This document shows, one piece after another, positions 41,630 to 50,984 of a stretch of 58,554 nucleotides of DNA. Numbering within the stretch: the first letter of the stretch is position 1; every line of letters begins with the position of its first letter. Source of the DNA: Gammaproteobacteria bacterium (GTDB lineage Bacteria; Pseudomonadota; Gammaproteobacteria; Magnimaribacterales; D2472). Under the pieces are notes generated by a model. That model was not told the origin of the DNA. It searched no databases and saw only the letters and a program-made list of their open reading frames with translations. The position numbers and the translations under genes were made by a program. Location of the stretch: the NCBI GenBank assembly GCA_002721465.1, contig PBKO01000015.1, positions 31,700 through 90,253 on the forward strand. Reading direction: 5' to 3'.

Positions 41630-42937
41630 ATGTCAGAATCTTTTGCTACGCTTTTAGAAGAAAATCTAAGTACACTAGACATGAAACCTGGATCAATTGT
41701 CTCTGGAGTTGTTTTAGATGTTGATAGCGACTGGGTAACTGTTCATGTTGGTCTCAAATCTGAGGGTATAATTTCTCTTAACGAGTTTAAAAATAATGAT
41801 GGTGAAGTAGACATTCATGTTGGTGATGAGGTTGAGGTTGCTCTTGAAGCTGTTGAGGATGGGTACGGTGAAACAAGGATCTCAAGAGAAAAAGCTAGAA
41901 AAATCTCCACTTGGAAAATGCTTGAAGAGTCTCTGGATACTGGCGAATTTGTAACTGGTAAAATTCACAATCGAGTAAAGGGTGGGTTTGCTGTTGAAGT
42001 TGATATGGTAAAAGCCTTTCTTCCTGGTTCTTTGGTAGATGTCAGACCTGTAAAAGAAGCACCAGATATAGAAAATACTATTCAAGATTTTAAAGTTATC
42101 AAACTGGACTATAAAAGAAATAACGTAGTTTTATCAAGAAAAGCTGTATTGGAAAAGAATAACTCGGCTGTAAAAGTTGAACTTTTGAAGAACCTTGATG
42201 AAGGACAAATAGTGAAGGGCATTGTTAAAAATATTACTGATTATGGAGCATTTATTGATCTGGGTGGTTTAGATGGACTTCTTCACATTACAGATATTTC
42301 TTGGTCAAGAGTTGCCAATCCTTCTGAACACCTCAATCTTGGAGAGGAAATAGATGTGAAAGTTTTAAATTTTGATAAAGAAAAATTAAGGGTTTCTTTG
42401 GGCTTAAAACAAATACAAAATGATCCTTGGGAGAATGTGGAGTCAAAATATTCTGTAGGTGGAATATATGAAGCCGAAGTTTCTAACATAACTGATTATG
42501 GCTGCTTTGCCCAAATAGAAGAAGGTATAGAAGGGCTAATTCATTTATCTGAATTAGACTGGACAAGTAAAAATATACATCCATCAAAGGTTGTTGAAAT
42601 GTCAGAAAAAATTAAAGTAATGATTCTTGAAATAGAGTATGACAAAAGAAGAATTTCTTTGGGCTTAAAACAAACAAAACCAAATCCATGGACTGATTTT
42701 AGTAATAAATATAGTATTGGTGATAAGGTTGATGGCATCATTAAATCTATTACAGATTTTGGTGTTTTTGTTGGTCTTGAGGGCGATATAGATGGTTTGA
42801 TTCATTTATCTGATATTTCGGAAGATGAGGATCCTAAAAAATCTCTTGAAGAATTTAAAAAAGACCAAAAACTTGATTGTATCGTTTTCGCAATTGATGC
42901 TGAAAGAGAAAGAATTTCTTTAAAATTGAGTGAATAG
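41630..42937 (+). CDS. rpsA: 30S ribosomal protein S1 (five S1 domains only)
   Basis: 435 aa. Five recognisable S1/OB repeats begin at GSIVSGVV, GEFVTGKI, GQIVKGIV, GGIYEAEV and GDKVDGII. The protein ends ..ERERISLKLSE right after repeat 5. Confidence 0.93.
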   Translation: MSESFATLLEENLSTLDMKPGSIVSGVVLDVDSDWVTVHVGLKSEGIISLNEFKNNDGEVDIHVGDEVEVALEAVEDGYGETRISREKARKISTWKMLEESLDTGEFVTGKIHNRVKGGFAVEVDMVKAFLPGSLVDVRPVKEAPDIENTIQDFKVIKLDYKRNNVVLSRKAVLEKNNSAVKVELLKNLDEGQIVKGIVKNITDYGAFIDLGGLDGLLHITDISWSRVANPSEHLNLGEEIDVKVLNFDKEKLRVSLGLKQIQNDPWENVESKYSVGGIYEAEVSNITDYGCFAQIEEGIEGLIHLSELDWTSKNIHPSKVVEMSEKIKVMILEIEYDKRRISLGLKQTKPNPWTDFSNKYSIGDKVDGIIKSITDFGVFVGLEGDIDGLIHLSDISEDEDPKKSLEEFKKDQKLDCIVFAIDAERERISLKLSE

Positions 42938-43223
42938 TAAAAAACAAGATATCATAAATAGATCAGACATAGAGTTACTAATTTTAAAGAGAATTCCCGA
43001 TTTAAATAAAGATAACGTCTCTAAAGCTATAAATATTATTTTAGACTCAATCATTGAAGCAGTTGCTTTAGATGAAAAAGTAGAGATAAGAGGTTTTGGT
43101 ACTTTTTCAAAGAAAAATATAAGACCTAGAAAATTTACAAATCCACGAACAAAAAAAGTTTCATACTTAGGAGAAACATCAATACTGCACTTCAAACCTT
43201 CAAAATCTTTAATAAAACAATGA
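42930..43223 (+). CDS. ihfB: integration host factor subunit beta
   Basis: GTG start overlaps the rpsA stop by 8 nt. The HU/IHF fold motifs VEIRGFGTFS....PR...NPRT and HFKPSK are present. The conserved rpsA-ihfB order is kept. Confidence 0.88.
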   Translation: MNSKKQDIINRSDIELLILKRIPDLNKDNVSKAINIILDSIIEAVALDEKVEIRGFGTFSKKNIRPRKFTNPRTKKVSYLGETSILHFKPSKSLIKQ

Positions 43224-43245
43224 ATTTTAGATTAAACTTTTATAT

Positions 43246-43917
43246 ATGCAAAAAAAAATAATTGTTGCTATCGATGAAACTAACATTAGTACATTTAAAA
43301 AAATTTTAAACTGTCTTGATAATAAAAAATGCCTGATAAAGATTGGTAGCGTTGCATTTAATTCTATTGGTCATTATGCAATCAATTATGCAACTGAAAA
43401 TGACTTTGAAATATTTCTTGATCTTAAATTCCATGACATACCAAATACTGTAAAGAAATCTATTCAAGGATTACTATCTCTTCAATTAAAAATGCTTACA
43501 ATCCATACATCTGGTGGAAAAGAAATGATGTTAGCAGCAATGGAAGCAGTTGCTGGAACAAATATTAAAGTATTCGGAGTTACAGCTCTTACCAGCCTTA
43601 ATGATCAAGATACAAGACAAATATATCAAAGAGATTCATTTGAACACGTAAATGCAATGTTGGACATAGCTGAACAAGCTGGAATCGATGGGGTTGTGTG
43701 TTCACCTCATGAGTTAGAATTGGTTAGTAAAAGGAGTTCTTTGTTATCGATCACACCTGGTATTAGATTAAAAAGTTTAAAAGATGATCAAAAAAGAGTA
43801 ATGACACCAAGAGAGGCAATTAATTTGGGAGCTGATTATTTGGTTATTGGAAGACCTATAACAGCATCAAATGATATTAGGAAATCACTTGAAGAAATAT
43901 ATTTTAATATTCAATGA
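43246..43917 (+). CDS. pyrF: orotidine-5'-phosphate decarboxylase
   Basis: IIVAID, the FLDLKFHDIPNTV catalytic Lys/Asp motif and LVIGRPIT are present. Confidence 0.91.
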   Translation: MQKKIIVAIDETNISTFKKILNCLDNKKCLIKIGSVAFNSIGHYAINYATENDFEIFLDLKFHDIPNTVKKSIQGLLSLQLKMLTIHTSGGKEMMLAAMEAVAGTNIKVFGVTALTSLNDQDTRQIYQRDSFEHVNAMLDIAEQAGIDGVVCSPHELELVSKRSSLLSITPGIRLKSLKDDQKRVMTPREAINLGADYLVIGRPITASNDIRKSLEEIYFNIQ

Positions 43918-45260
43918 AAGCAGAAAAAATAACAAATTATATTTTTGAAAATAATGTTTTACGACACAAATCACTAATTAGTGATTTTAGTAATGAAATT
44001 TTTAAAGAGTTTGATAATTATGCAAAAAAAATAAATCTTTCAAAAAAGATTGATAATTTAATGTATGGTGAAGTTGTAAATAATAGTGAAAATCAAGCTG
44101 CAACTCACCCTTTAATTAGAGAAAATAATGGTGACCTTAAAACTACAGCAACCCACAATTTTTTATATAAAATTAAGCTAGAACTTAAGAAGACGCGTTT
44201 CAAATATTTGACAATATCACCTAATAGAGTAAATCTTATAACACTTGGTATTGGAGGTTCTTTCGAAGGACCTAAACTATTGTCAGAAGCAAGAGAAAAA
44301 GATCCTTTATTTAAATATGATTTTATTACTGGCTCTGACTTATCTGAATTTTCAAAAAAACTTCACGGACTTGAACCAAAAAAAACATTTTTTGTAGTTT
44401 TTTCAAAATCATTTAAGACTGATGAAACTATTGAACTTTTTAAAAAAGCTATTGATTGGTCAAAAGATCATAATAAATTTTTGTTTATTACGTCTAATCC
44501 TAATGAGGTTAAAAAATATAAATGCTTTGGTAAAAGATTCACCAATGAATCAATAGATTATTTTGATAAAACAATTGGAGGTAGATATTCTATTTGGCTT
44601 GATATTGTTTCATACATTTATGGAGATATAGAATTTAGGTCTGGAGGTAAAGATGCTGATAAAGATCTAAAAGAAAATAAAGATTATCTTAATTTTATAA
44701 AAAGATTATCTTATAGTGATATCTGGAATCATAACGTAAAAGGTAAAGACTCAAGAGCAGTTTTATCATACATTTGGCGTTTGAGATCTTTACCGAATTA
44801 CATTCAGCAATTAGAAATGGAGTCATTAGGTAAACCACCAAATCCAGATTCAGAATTCAAAAAGACTGGACAAATTATTTTTGGTGGTTATGGCCCGACC
44901 GCACAACATTCTTACTTTCAGTTATTGCACCAAGGAACTCATAAATTATGTGCAGATATTGTTACGTCTTACAAAGATGAGGAGAGCCTAGCTTATGCAC
45001 AAGCAATAACACAGTCTAAACTTCTTGCATATGGAGAAGGTGAAATTAAGCTTGACAATGAATCAAAAATAAATGGAAATGTACCAGTAAATTTATTTAT
45101 GCTTAAAGATTCTGATGAACACAGCTTAGGTTATTTTATAGCTTCATGGGAGCATAGAGTTTTCATAACAGCATCGATACTTGGTATTAATCCTTTTGAT
45201 CAATTTGGTGTTAGTGCTGGCAAGATTTATACTAAGAAATATTTAGCAGACAAATATTAA
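43914..45260 (+). CDS. pgi: glucose-6-phosphate isomerase (short ~450-aa type)
   Basis: LGIGGSFEGP, SKSFKTDET, IGGRYS, QLEMESLGK and QHSYFQLLHQG motifs are present. Confidence 0.86.
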   Translation: MKAEKITNYIFENNVLRHKSLISDFSNEIFKEFDNYAKKINLSKKIDNLMYGEVVNNSENQAATHPLIRENNGDLKTTATHNFLYKIKLELKKTRFKYLTISPNRVNLITLGIGGSFEGPKLLSEAREKDPLFKYDFITGSDLSEFSKKLHGLEPKKTFFVVFSKSFKTDETIELFKKAIDWSKDHNKFLFITSNPNEVKKYKCFGKRFTNESIDYFDKTIGGRYSIWLDIVSYIYGDIEFRSGGKDADKDLKENKDYLNFIKRLSYSDIWNHNVKGKDSRAVLSYIWRLRSLPNYIQQLEMESLGKPPNPDSEFKKTGQIIFGGYGPTAQHSYFQLLHQGTHKLCADIVTSYKDEESLAYAQAITQSKLLAYGEGEIKLDNESKINGNVPVNLFMLKDSDEHSLGYFIASWEHRVFITASILGINPFDQFGVSAGKIYTKKYLADKY

Positions 45261-45278
45261 ATTCATAATTATTTCTTC

Positions 45279-47060
45279 ATGTCTATTAATTTAAAGAAAT
45301 TACCAAACACACCTGGAGTTTATAAATTTTTTTATAATCATGAAATTATCTATATTGGTAAAGCAAAAGATTTAAAAAAAAGAGTTTCATCTTATTTTGG
45401 TAAATCTTTCAAAGACAGAAAAACTTCTCAAATAAAGTTTTTAACAGACAAGATCGAAACATTCACTACTAAAAATGAAGTTGAAGCATTATTGCTCGAG
45501 CAAATGCTTATCAAAGAGAATAAGCCAAAATTTAATATTTTATTAAGAGATGATAAAACATACCCATACATATATTTTTCCTTAGATCATGAATATCCTG
45601 GTATATATCTTAAAAGGACTAAAAAAGCAGTTGATTCAAAATATTTCGGTCCATTTGTTAGCTCAGAAGCTGTAAAAAAATCTATTAAAGAAATTCAGAA
45701 AATTTTTAAAATAAGGAACTGTAGTGATAATACTTTTTCAAATAGAACAAGACCCTGTATTGAATTTCAAATGAAAAGATGTTCTGCACCATGTGTTAAC
45801 AAAATAAAAAAAACAGATTATTTTGAGGATATTTCGAGTTCAAAATCTTTCCTTTCTTCATCTGATACAAAAACTGTTTTACACCTAGAGACTAAAATAG
45901 AAAAAGCTGTATCACTGCTTGAATTTGAAAAAGCTGCAGAAATAAGAGATCGTTTAAAAAGAATAAATTTACTGAAAGAGGAACAGTCAGTGGTTTCAGC
46001 GGCATACGATGTTGATATTTTTTCAGTGCACTATGAGCTTTCTTATATTGGGATTTCTATAATTGTTGTAAGAAGAGGAAAAATAAGAGGAACAAAAACC
46101 CATCTTATTAAACAAGCACATTTTCAAAATTTAGAGGAAGTTTATCAAAGTGTGATCGTTAATTTTTACGAAAATCAAGCAGATATTCCTCAAAAAATTC
46201 TTTTAAAGAATGCCCTAGAAAATAATAAACTTTTAGAGGATATGTTTTGTGAGAAATATCAAAAAAAAGTTAAGATTATAAACAGCCCGAATAAATCAAT
46301 CAGACCAATATTTAATTTATGTAAGCTAAATGCAAAACAGGTAATAAAAAATCATATAAGTAAAAAAGATAAATATTCTTTTGCTCTTAAGGAGCTTGAA
46401 GGATATTTAGGGTCTAATGAGATTAATAAAGTTGAAGGATATGATGTCAGTCATATTTCAGGAGATAATGCTGTTGCATCATGCGTTGTTTTTTCAAAAA
46501 ATGGACCTAAAAAAAAGGACTACAGATTATTTAATATCCCTAAAGAAATTTCAGGCAATGATGTCGGCTCATTACAGCATGTTATTAAAAGAAGATTAAA
46601 GTATTATGGAGATTCAAAAGTAAAACCTGATTTAATCCTGATAGATGGCGGAAAAACTCAATTAAATTATGTGGACAAAATTATTGGTAAATCTAACTAT
46701 AAAGATATAAATATAATCTCAATTGTTAAAGGCTTGGATAGAGTAAGAGCAACTGAAACTATTATTGAAAAAAATGGAACAGTCGAACTTGATAAGCACT
46801 CAAAAGCATTTTTGCTTTTACAAGAGATTAGGGATGAATCTCATAGGTTTGCATTACAAGCTCTTAGAAGAAAAAAAAGAGGTAAAATTACTAAATCAAA
46901 ATTAGATAATATAAAAGGTATTGGTTCAGCTCGTAAAGCAAAATTAATAAGAAGGTTTAAGAGTATTAAAAATATTAAGTCAGCAACAAAAGAACAAATA
47001 ATGACTGTTGACGGTATAAATGAGAAAATAGCTTCATCAATTAAGGATAATATTAAATGA
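45279..47060 (+). CDS. uvrC: excinuclease ABC subunit C
   Basis: N-terminal GIY-YIG (PGVYKFF...IYIGKAKDLKKRV), a UVR domain (FEKAAEIRDRL), an endonuclease V-like domain (ESHRFA), and a C-terminal (HhH)2. Confidence 0.94.
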   Translation: MSINLKKLPNTPGVYKFFYNHEIIYIGKAKDLKKRVSSYFGKSFKDRKTSQIKFLTDKIETFTTKNEVEALLLEQMLIKENKPKFNILLRDDKTYPYIYFSLDHEYPGIYLKRTKKAVDSKYFGPFVSSEAVKKSIKEIQKIFKIRNCSDNTFSNRTRPCIEFQMKRCSAPCVNKIKKTDYFEDISSSKSFLSSSDTKTVLHLETKIEKAVSLLEFEKAAEIRDRLKRINLLKEEQSVVSAAYDVDIFSVHYELSYIGISIIVVRRGKIRGTKTHLIKQAHFQNLEEVYQSVIVNFYENQADIPQKILLKNALENNKLLEDMFCEKYQKKVKIINSPNKSIRPIFNLCKLNAKQVIKNHISKKDKYSFALKELEGYLGSNEINKVEGYDVSHISGDNAVASCVVFSKNGPKKKDYRLFNIPKEISGNDVGSLQHVIKRRLKYYGDSKVKPDLILIDGGKTQLNYVDKIIGKSNYKDINIISIVKGLDRVRATETIIEKNGTVELDKHSKAFLLLQEIRDESHRFALQALRRKKRGKITKSKLDNIKGIGSARKAKLIRRFKSIKNIKSATKEQIMTVDGINEKIASSIKDNIK

Positions 47061-47596
47061 TACAAAGGCTTATTAACTTTCTAACTATTTCAAGAATGTT
47101 TTTAGCGCTAATGATATATTGTCTTTTAGTTTTACAAACTAATTATATATTGGCTATATGTTTATTTTTTCTTGCTGGTATGTCAGATTACTTGGATGGC
47201 TTTTTTGCTAGAAAATACAATGCAACCTCTCAGCTTGGAGAAATTTTAGATCCAATTGCTGATAAGATTTTAATACTCTTTCTTTTATTTGGACTTGCAA
47301 TTAATTTATCAAGTATATTAATTGGTTTCATAGGTAGCATTATTATTTCAAGAGAAATATGGGTAAGTGCTTTAAGAGATTTAAATGCAAGAAATAATAA
47401 TAAAAATGCTACTAAAGTTACATATTTAGCAAAGATAAAAACAACCATACAGTTATTTACTATAGGTATTTATCTTTTAGGACTAGCTACCAACACAATG
47501 CTTTTGATCGTTATTGCTGATATATTTTTAATAATATCTTTATTAATTACTTTGTATACAGGGTATCAGTATACAAAAGCTTCACTAAACAATTAA
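47057..47596 (+). CDS. pgsA: CDP-diacylglycerol--glycerol-3-phosphate 3-phosphatidyltransferase
   Basis: The CDP-alcohol phosphotransferase motif DYLDGFFARKYNATSQLGEILDPIADK is present. It is a four-TM protein in the conserved uvrC-pgsA-tRNA position. Confidence 0.91.
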   Translation: MIQRLINFLTISRMFLALMIYCLLVLQTNYILAICLFFLAGMSDYLDGFFARKYNATSQLGEILDPIADKILILFLLFGLAINLSSILIGFIGSIIISREIWVSALRDLNARNNNKNATKVTYLAKIKTTIQLFTIGIYLLGLATNTMLLIVIADIFLIISLLITLYTGYQYTKASLNN

Positions 47597-47639
47597 TTTT
47601 CACTTTTACCTCAAGACAGATACAATAGCTACTTTAATA

Positions 47640-47713
47640 GGCTGGATGGCAGAGTGGTTATGCAGCGGCCTGCAAAGCCGTTTACGCCGGTTCGATTCCG
47701 GCTTCAGCCTCCA
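47640..47713 (+). tRNA. cysT: tRNA-Cys (anticodon GCA), CCA encoded
   Basis: GGCTGGA acceptor pairs with TTCAGCC (one G-U pair). The anticodon loop is CT-GCA-AA and the T arm is GCCGG-TTCGATT-CCGGC. It is 74 nt long and close to E. coli tRNA-Cys. Confidence 0.92.
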
Positions 47714-47720
47714 TAAAAAT

Positions 47721-48680
47721 ATGAAAATATTAGTAACAGGTGCAGCAGGGTTTATAGGATCTCACTTATGCAAGAAACTTCTTGATCTTGATCATGACGT
47801 ATTTGGAATAGATAATTTAAATAATTACTATGATGTTAGTTTTAAATTATTAAGACTAGACAGATTAAATTCGAGTAGATTTAGTTTCAATGAAATTGAT
47901 ATTTCAGATAATGAGAAATTACTTCCATATATATCAAATATTAAACCTAACCTTATTATTAATCTTGCAGCACAAGCAGGGGTGAGATACTCATTGGAAA
48001 ATCCAAAGGCTTACTTTGATTCAAATATTGTTGGTTTTGGAAACATATTAGAATCAGCCAGAATAAATAATGTAAAAAAAATTATTTATGCATCTAGTAG
48101 TTCAGTTTATGGAAATTCAAAAGAAATTCCTTTTTGTGAAACTTTAAAAGGTTTGAGTCCAATTTCTCTTTATGCTGCATCTAAATTTTCAAATGAATTA
48201 ATTGCAAAAAGCTATTCATACAATTTTGGAATTAGTTTGATTGGACTAAGGTTTTTTACAGTTTATGGTGAATATGGTAGACCAGATATGGCATATTATA
48301 GCTTTACTGAAAAGATAAAGAATGATGAACAAATCACTATTTATAATAAAGGAAAAATGTCTAGGGATATGACTTTTATTGATGACATTATAGATGGTAT
48401 AAATAGATCTATTATTTACATCAATGATAATGAAAATATTGATAACGAAATATTTAATCTAGGCAATAATAATCCTGTCTCTGTATGGGACCTCGTAAAC
48501 TATATAAGTAATTTCTTAAATAAAGATGTTAATTATACCTATATGGATTTAAATACAGAGGTTGATATCACTTATGCAAATATAGAAAAGGCAAAAGAAT
48601 ATCTTGGATGGATACCAAAAACAACTTTTGAGGATGGTATGAATAAATTTTTGTCATGGCACTCTAGGAAAAAACAATAA
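47721..48680 (+). CDS. NAD-dependent nucleotide-sugar epimerase, UDP-glucuronate 4-epimerase-like
   Basis: MKILVTGAAGFIGSHL, the NLNNYYDVSFKLLRL pattern of the UDP-GlcA 4-epimerase group, and YAASKFSNE (YxxxK) are present. The ORF-track start at 47646 lies inside tRNA-Cys and is rejected. Confidence 0.85.
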   Translation: MKILVTGAAGFIGSHLCKKLLDLDHDVFGIDNLNNYYDVSFKLLRLDRLNSSRFSFNEIDISDNEKLLPYISNIKPNLIINLAAQAGVRYSLENPKAYFDSNIVGFGNILESARINNVKKIIYASSSSVYGNSKEIPFCETLKGLSPISLYAASKFSNELIAKSYSYNFGISLIGLRFFTVYGEYGRPDMAYYSFTEKIKNDEQITIYNKGKMSRDMTFIDDIIDGINRSIIYINDNENIDNEIFNLGNNNPVSVWDLVNYISNFLNKDVNYTYMDLNTEVDITYANIEKAKEYLGWIPKTTFEDGMNKFLSWHSRKKQ

Positions 48681-49990
48681 TGAAGATTACGGTAGTTGGC
48701 ACAGGATATGTTGGATTAGTATCTGGTGTATGCATGTCTGAAATAGGCCACAATGTTACATGCCTCGATATTAATAGAAATGTTATTAATAAATTAAGAA
48801 AAGGCAAAGTCCCTTACTATGAACCTAAATTAGAGAAGATGATTCTAAGAAATATTAAAAAAAATAATTTGTCTTTTTCAAATTCGTATAAAAACTCAAC
48901 TCAGGAAGTAAATATATTTTTTATTTGTGTTGGCACCCCAGAAAATAACGATGGAAGTTCAAATTTAAAATATGTATATGATGTTGCTAAAAGTCTAGCT
49001 AAAAATATTTCAGAAGATGCAATTGTTTTTATTAAATCCACCGTACCTGTTGGAACAAATGCCTTAATTCAAAAATTAATTAATGAAAATAAAAAAAATA
49101 ATATTAATATTATGGTTGCATCAAATCCAGAATTTTTAAAGGAAGGAGATGCTGTTAATGATTTTTTGAATCCAGATAGAGTAATTGTTGGAACTTCTAG
49201 CAAAGATGTGATGAGTGTTGTAAAAAAAATATATGAACCATTAAAGATCAAAAACGAAAAGATTGTTTTCATGCCAATTAAAGCTGCAGAATTGACAAAA
49301 TATGCAGCTAACTCATTTCTAGCAACAAAAATAAGTTTCATTAACGAGCTATCTATACTGTCTGACGCTTTAAACATTAATATTGAGCATATTAAAAGGG
49401 GTATTGGAAGTGACCCTAGAATAGGTGATAAGTTTCTAAATGCAGGTTTAGGTTTTGGAGGTTCGTGTTTTCCAAAAGATATAGCTTCTTTAATTAATAT
49501 CTATGAACAAAAGAATCTGGAATCTAACTTATTAAGATCTGTAAGAGAGGTTAATAAAAACCAAAGAATAAACTTTATGAAGAAAATTCTTTCACATTTT
49601 AAAAATTCAAAATTGACTAATAAAAAATTAATGATTTGGGGTCTCTCTTTTAAACCTGAGACTGACGATATTAGAGAGTCAATAAGTATAAAATTAATTA
49701 AAGACCTAGCTAAAAAAGTAAAAAAATTATATGTTTATGATCCAATTGCAATTAAAAATTCACAAAAAGAACTAAACAGATTCAATAATATAGATTTCTT
49801 AAAATCACAGTATTCAAATATTAGTGAATGTGATGCTTTAATAGTTTGCACAGAATGGGAGATTTTCAAAAATCCAGATATGGCAAAGCTTAAGAAACTT
49901 AAATCTAAAGTGGTGTTTGATGGAAGAAATTGTCTAAATAAAGAAAAAATTCTTCAAAACAATATAAAATATATAGGAGTAAGTAAATAA
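48680..49990 (+). CDS. ugd: UDP-glucose 6-dehydrogenase
   Basis: MKITVVGTGYVGLV, NPEFLKEG and the GFGGSCFPKD catalytic Cys motif are present. Confidence 0.93.
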   Translation: MKITVVGTGYVGLVSGVCMSEIGHNVTCLDINRNVINKLRKGKVPYYEPKLEKMILRNIKKNNLSFSNSYKNSTQEVNIFFICVGTPENNDGSSNLKYVYDVAKSLAKNISEDAIVFIKSTVPVGTNALIQKLINENKKNNINIMVASNPEFLKEGDAVNDFLNPDRVIVGTSSKDVMSVVKKIYEPLKIKNEKIVFMPIKAAELTKYAANSFLATKISFINELSILSDALNINIEHIKRGIGSDPRIGDKFLNAGLGFGGSCFPKDIASLINIYEQKNLESNLLRSVREVNKNQRINFMKKILSHFKNSKLTNKKLMIWGLSFKPETDDIRESISIKLIKDLAKKVKKLYVYDPIAIKNSQKELNRFNNIDFLKSQYSNISECDALIVCTEWEIFKNPDMAKLKKLKSKVVFDGRNCLNKEKILQNNIKYIGVSK

Positions 49991-49992
49991 AT

Positions 49993-50079
49993 GCCCGGGT
50001 GGTGGAATTGGTAGACACAAGGGACTTAAAATCCCTCGCTAGAAATAGCGTGCCGGTTCAAGTCCGGCTCCGGGTACCA
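49993..50079 (+). tRNA. leuZ: tRNA-Leu (anticodon TAA), CCA encoded, long variable arm
   Basis: GCCCGGGTGGTGGAATTGGTAGACACAAGGGACTTAAAATCCC.. is nearly identical in its 5' half to E. coli leuZ as I remember it. The T arm is GCCGG-TTCAAGT-CCGGC. It is 87 nt long. Confidence 0.92.
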
Positions 50080-50089
50080 GATTGTTATT

Positions 50090-50977
50090 ATGGATAAAAT
50101 TGAGAACTATATTGAGGTATTTCAGAATCGTTTTAAAACACTTTTATTAATTGGCATTGTTTCAGCTTTATTTTGTATTGTTTTTTTAAATACTGTTACA
50201 CCTAAATATACAGCTTTTATGAAAATTGGCCCTGTTGACTCTAATGAGACAACGAGTAATTCTAATGGATTGGGCGCTGCAGCTGGATTAATTGGTTTAA
50301 ATTTAGGTGGCTCTGAATCAGCTTCAAGTTATTTAGTTTTTCAGGAAACAATAAGCTCAACTAGATTAGCTAATCGCCTTATTGAAAAAAATGATCCTAG
50401 AAAAGTATTCTTTGGAAGCATGTATGACGAAAAAAATGATATTTTTGCTCGACCAAATGGTTTTGTAAATCGGATCAAAAATATTATTAAAAATATTTTA
50501 GGCTACCCTGATTGGTCTGAGCCTGTAGCATCGAACATTTCAACAATTATTGAAAACAGTGTCATAAAAACCTCTAATTTAGATAATAATTTTGTTACTT
50601 ATTATTTTGAATTTGAAGATAAAGATTTTGCAATTTCTTTTTTAAAAGATATATATGAAGAAACTGAATCTTTAATAAAGGAACAGCAAAAAATGATTGC
50701 ATCTGAAAAAAAACAATATTATTTAGATGCATTGAAAGATGTTACAAGCGATACTCACAGAAAGATTATCTCGTCTCAAATTATTGAGCAAGAGAGGATG
50801 TTATCAAAAACTGGTATTTCTACCCCAATTTCAGCAATGCTTATAGATGATATTGACGCTTATCCACAACAAACTTATCCAAAAAGAATCCAAAGCATGT
50901 TCTTTTTCGTCATCGTCGGCTTTCTGTTTGGATATATTTATTTTGTCATTCGAGATATCTTCTTAATTAACAAATAG
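50090..50977 (+). CDS. polysaccharide co-polymerase / chain-length determinant (Wzz-like, PCP-1)
   Basis: 295 aa with an N-terminal TM segment followed by ..TPKYTAFMKI (Wzz N-motif). The middle region is predicted helical. A Pro-containing YPQQTYPKR segment comes immediately before a C-terminal TM segment. Confidence 0.66.
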   Translation: MDKIENYIEVFQNRFKTLLLIGIVSALFCIVFLNTVTPKYTAFMKIGPVDSNETTSNSNGLGAAAGLIGLNLGGSESASSYLVFQETISSTRLANRLIEKNDPRKVFFGSMYDEKNDIFARPNGFVNRIKNIIKNILGYPDWSEPVASNISTIIENSVIKTSNLDNNFVTYYFEFEDKDFAISFLKDIYEETESLIKEQQKMIASEKKQYYLDALKDVTSDTHRKIISSQIIEQERMLSKTGISTPISAMLIDDIDAYPQQTYPKRIQSMFFFVIVGFLFGYIYFVIRDIFLINK

Positions 50978-50984
50978 GCACTAA

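Noticed and set aside
47646-47720. N-terminal 25 codons of the ORF-track entry 47646..48680 (MAEWLCSGLQSRLRRFDSGFSLHKN)
   Set aside because: This stretch is the translation of tRNA-Cys itself. The real epimerase start is ATG 47721 (MKILVTGAAGFIGS), the normal N-terminus for this family.
47714-49992. Treating the tRNA-flanked epimerase-ugd segment as an integrative genomic island
   Set aside because: No integrase and no direct repeat of a tRNA 3' end are visible at either boundary. The two tRNAs are different species belonging to one ancestral operon, so this looks like a simple insertion or rearrangement instead.
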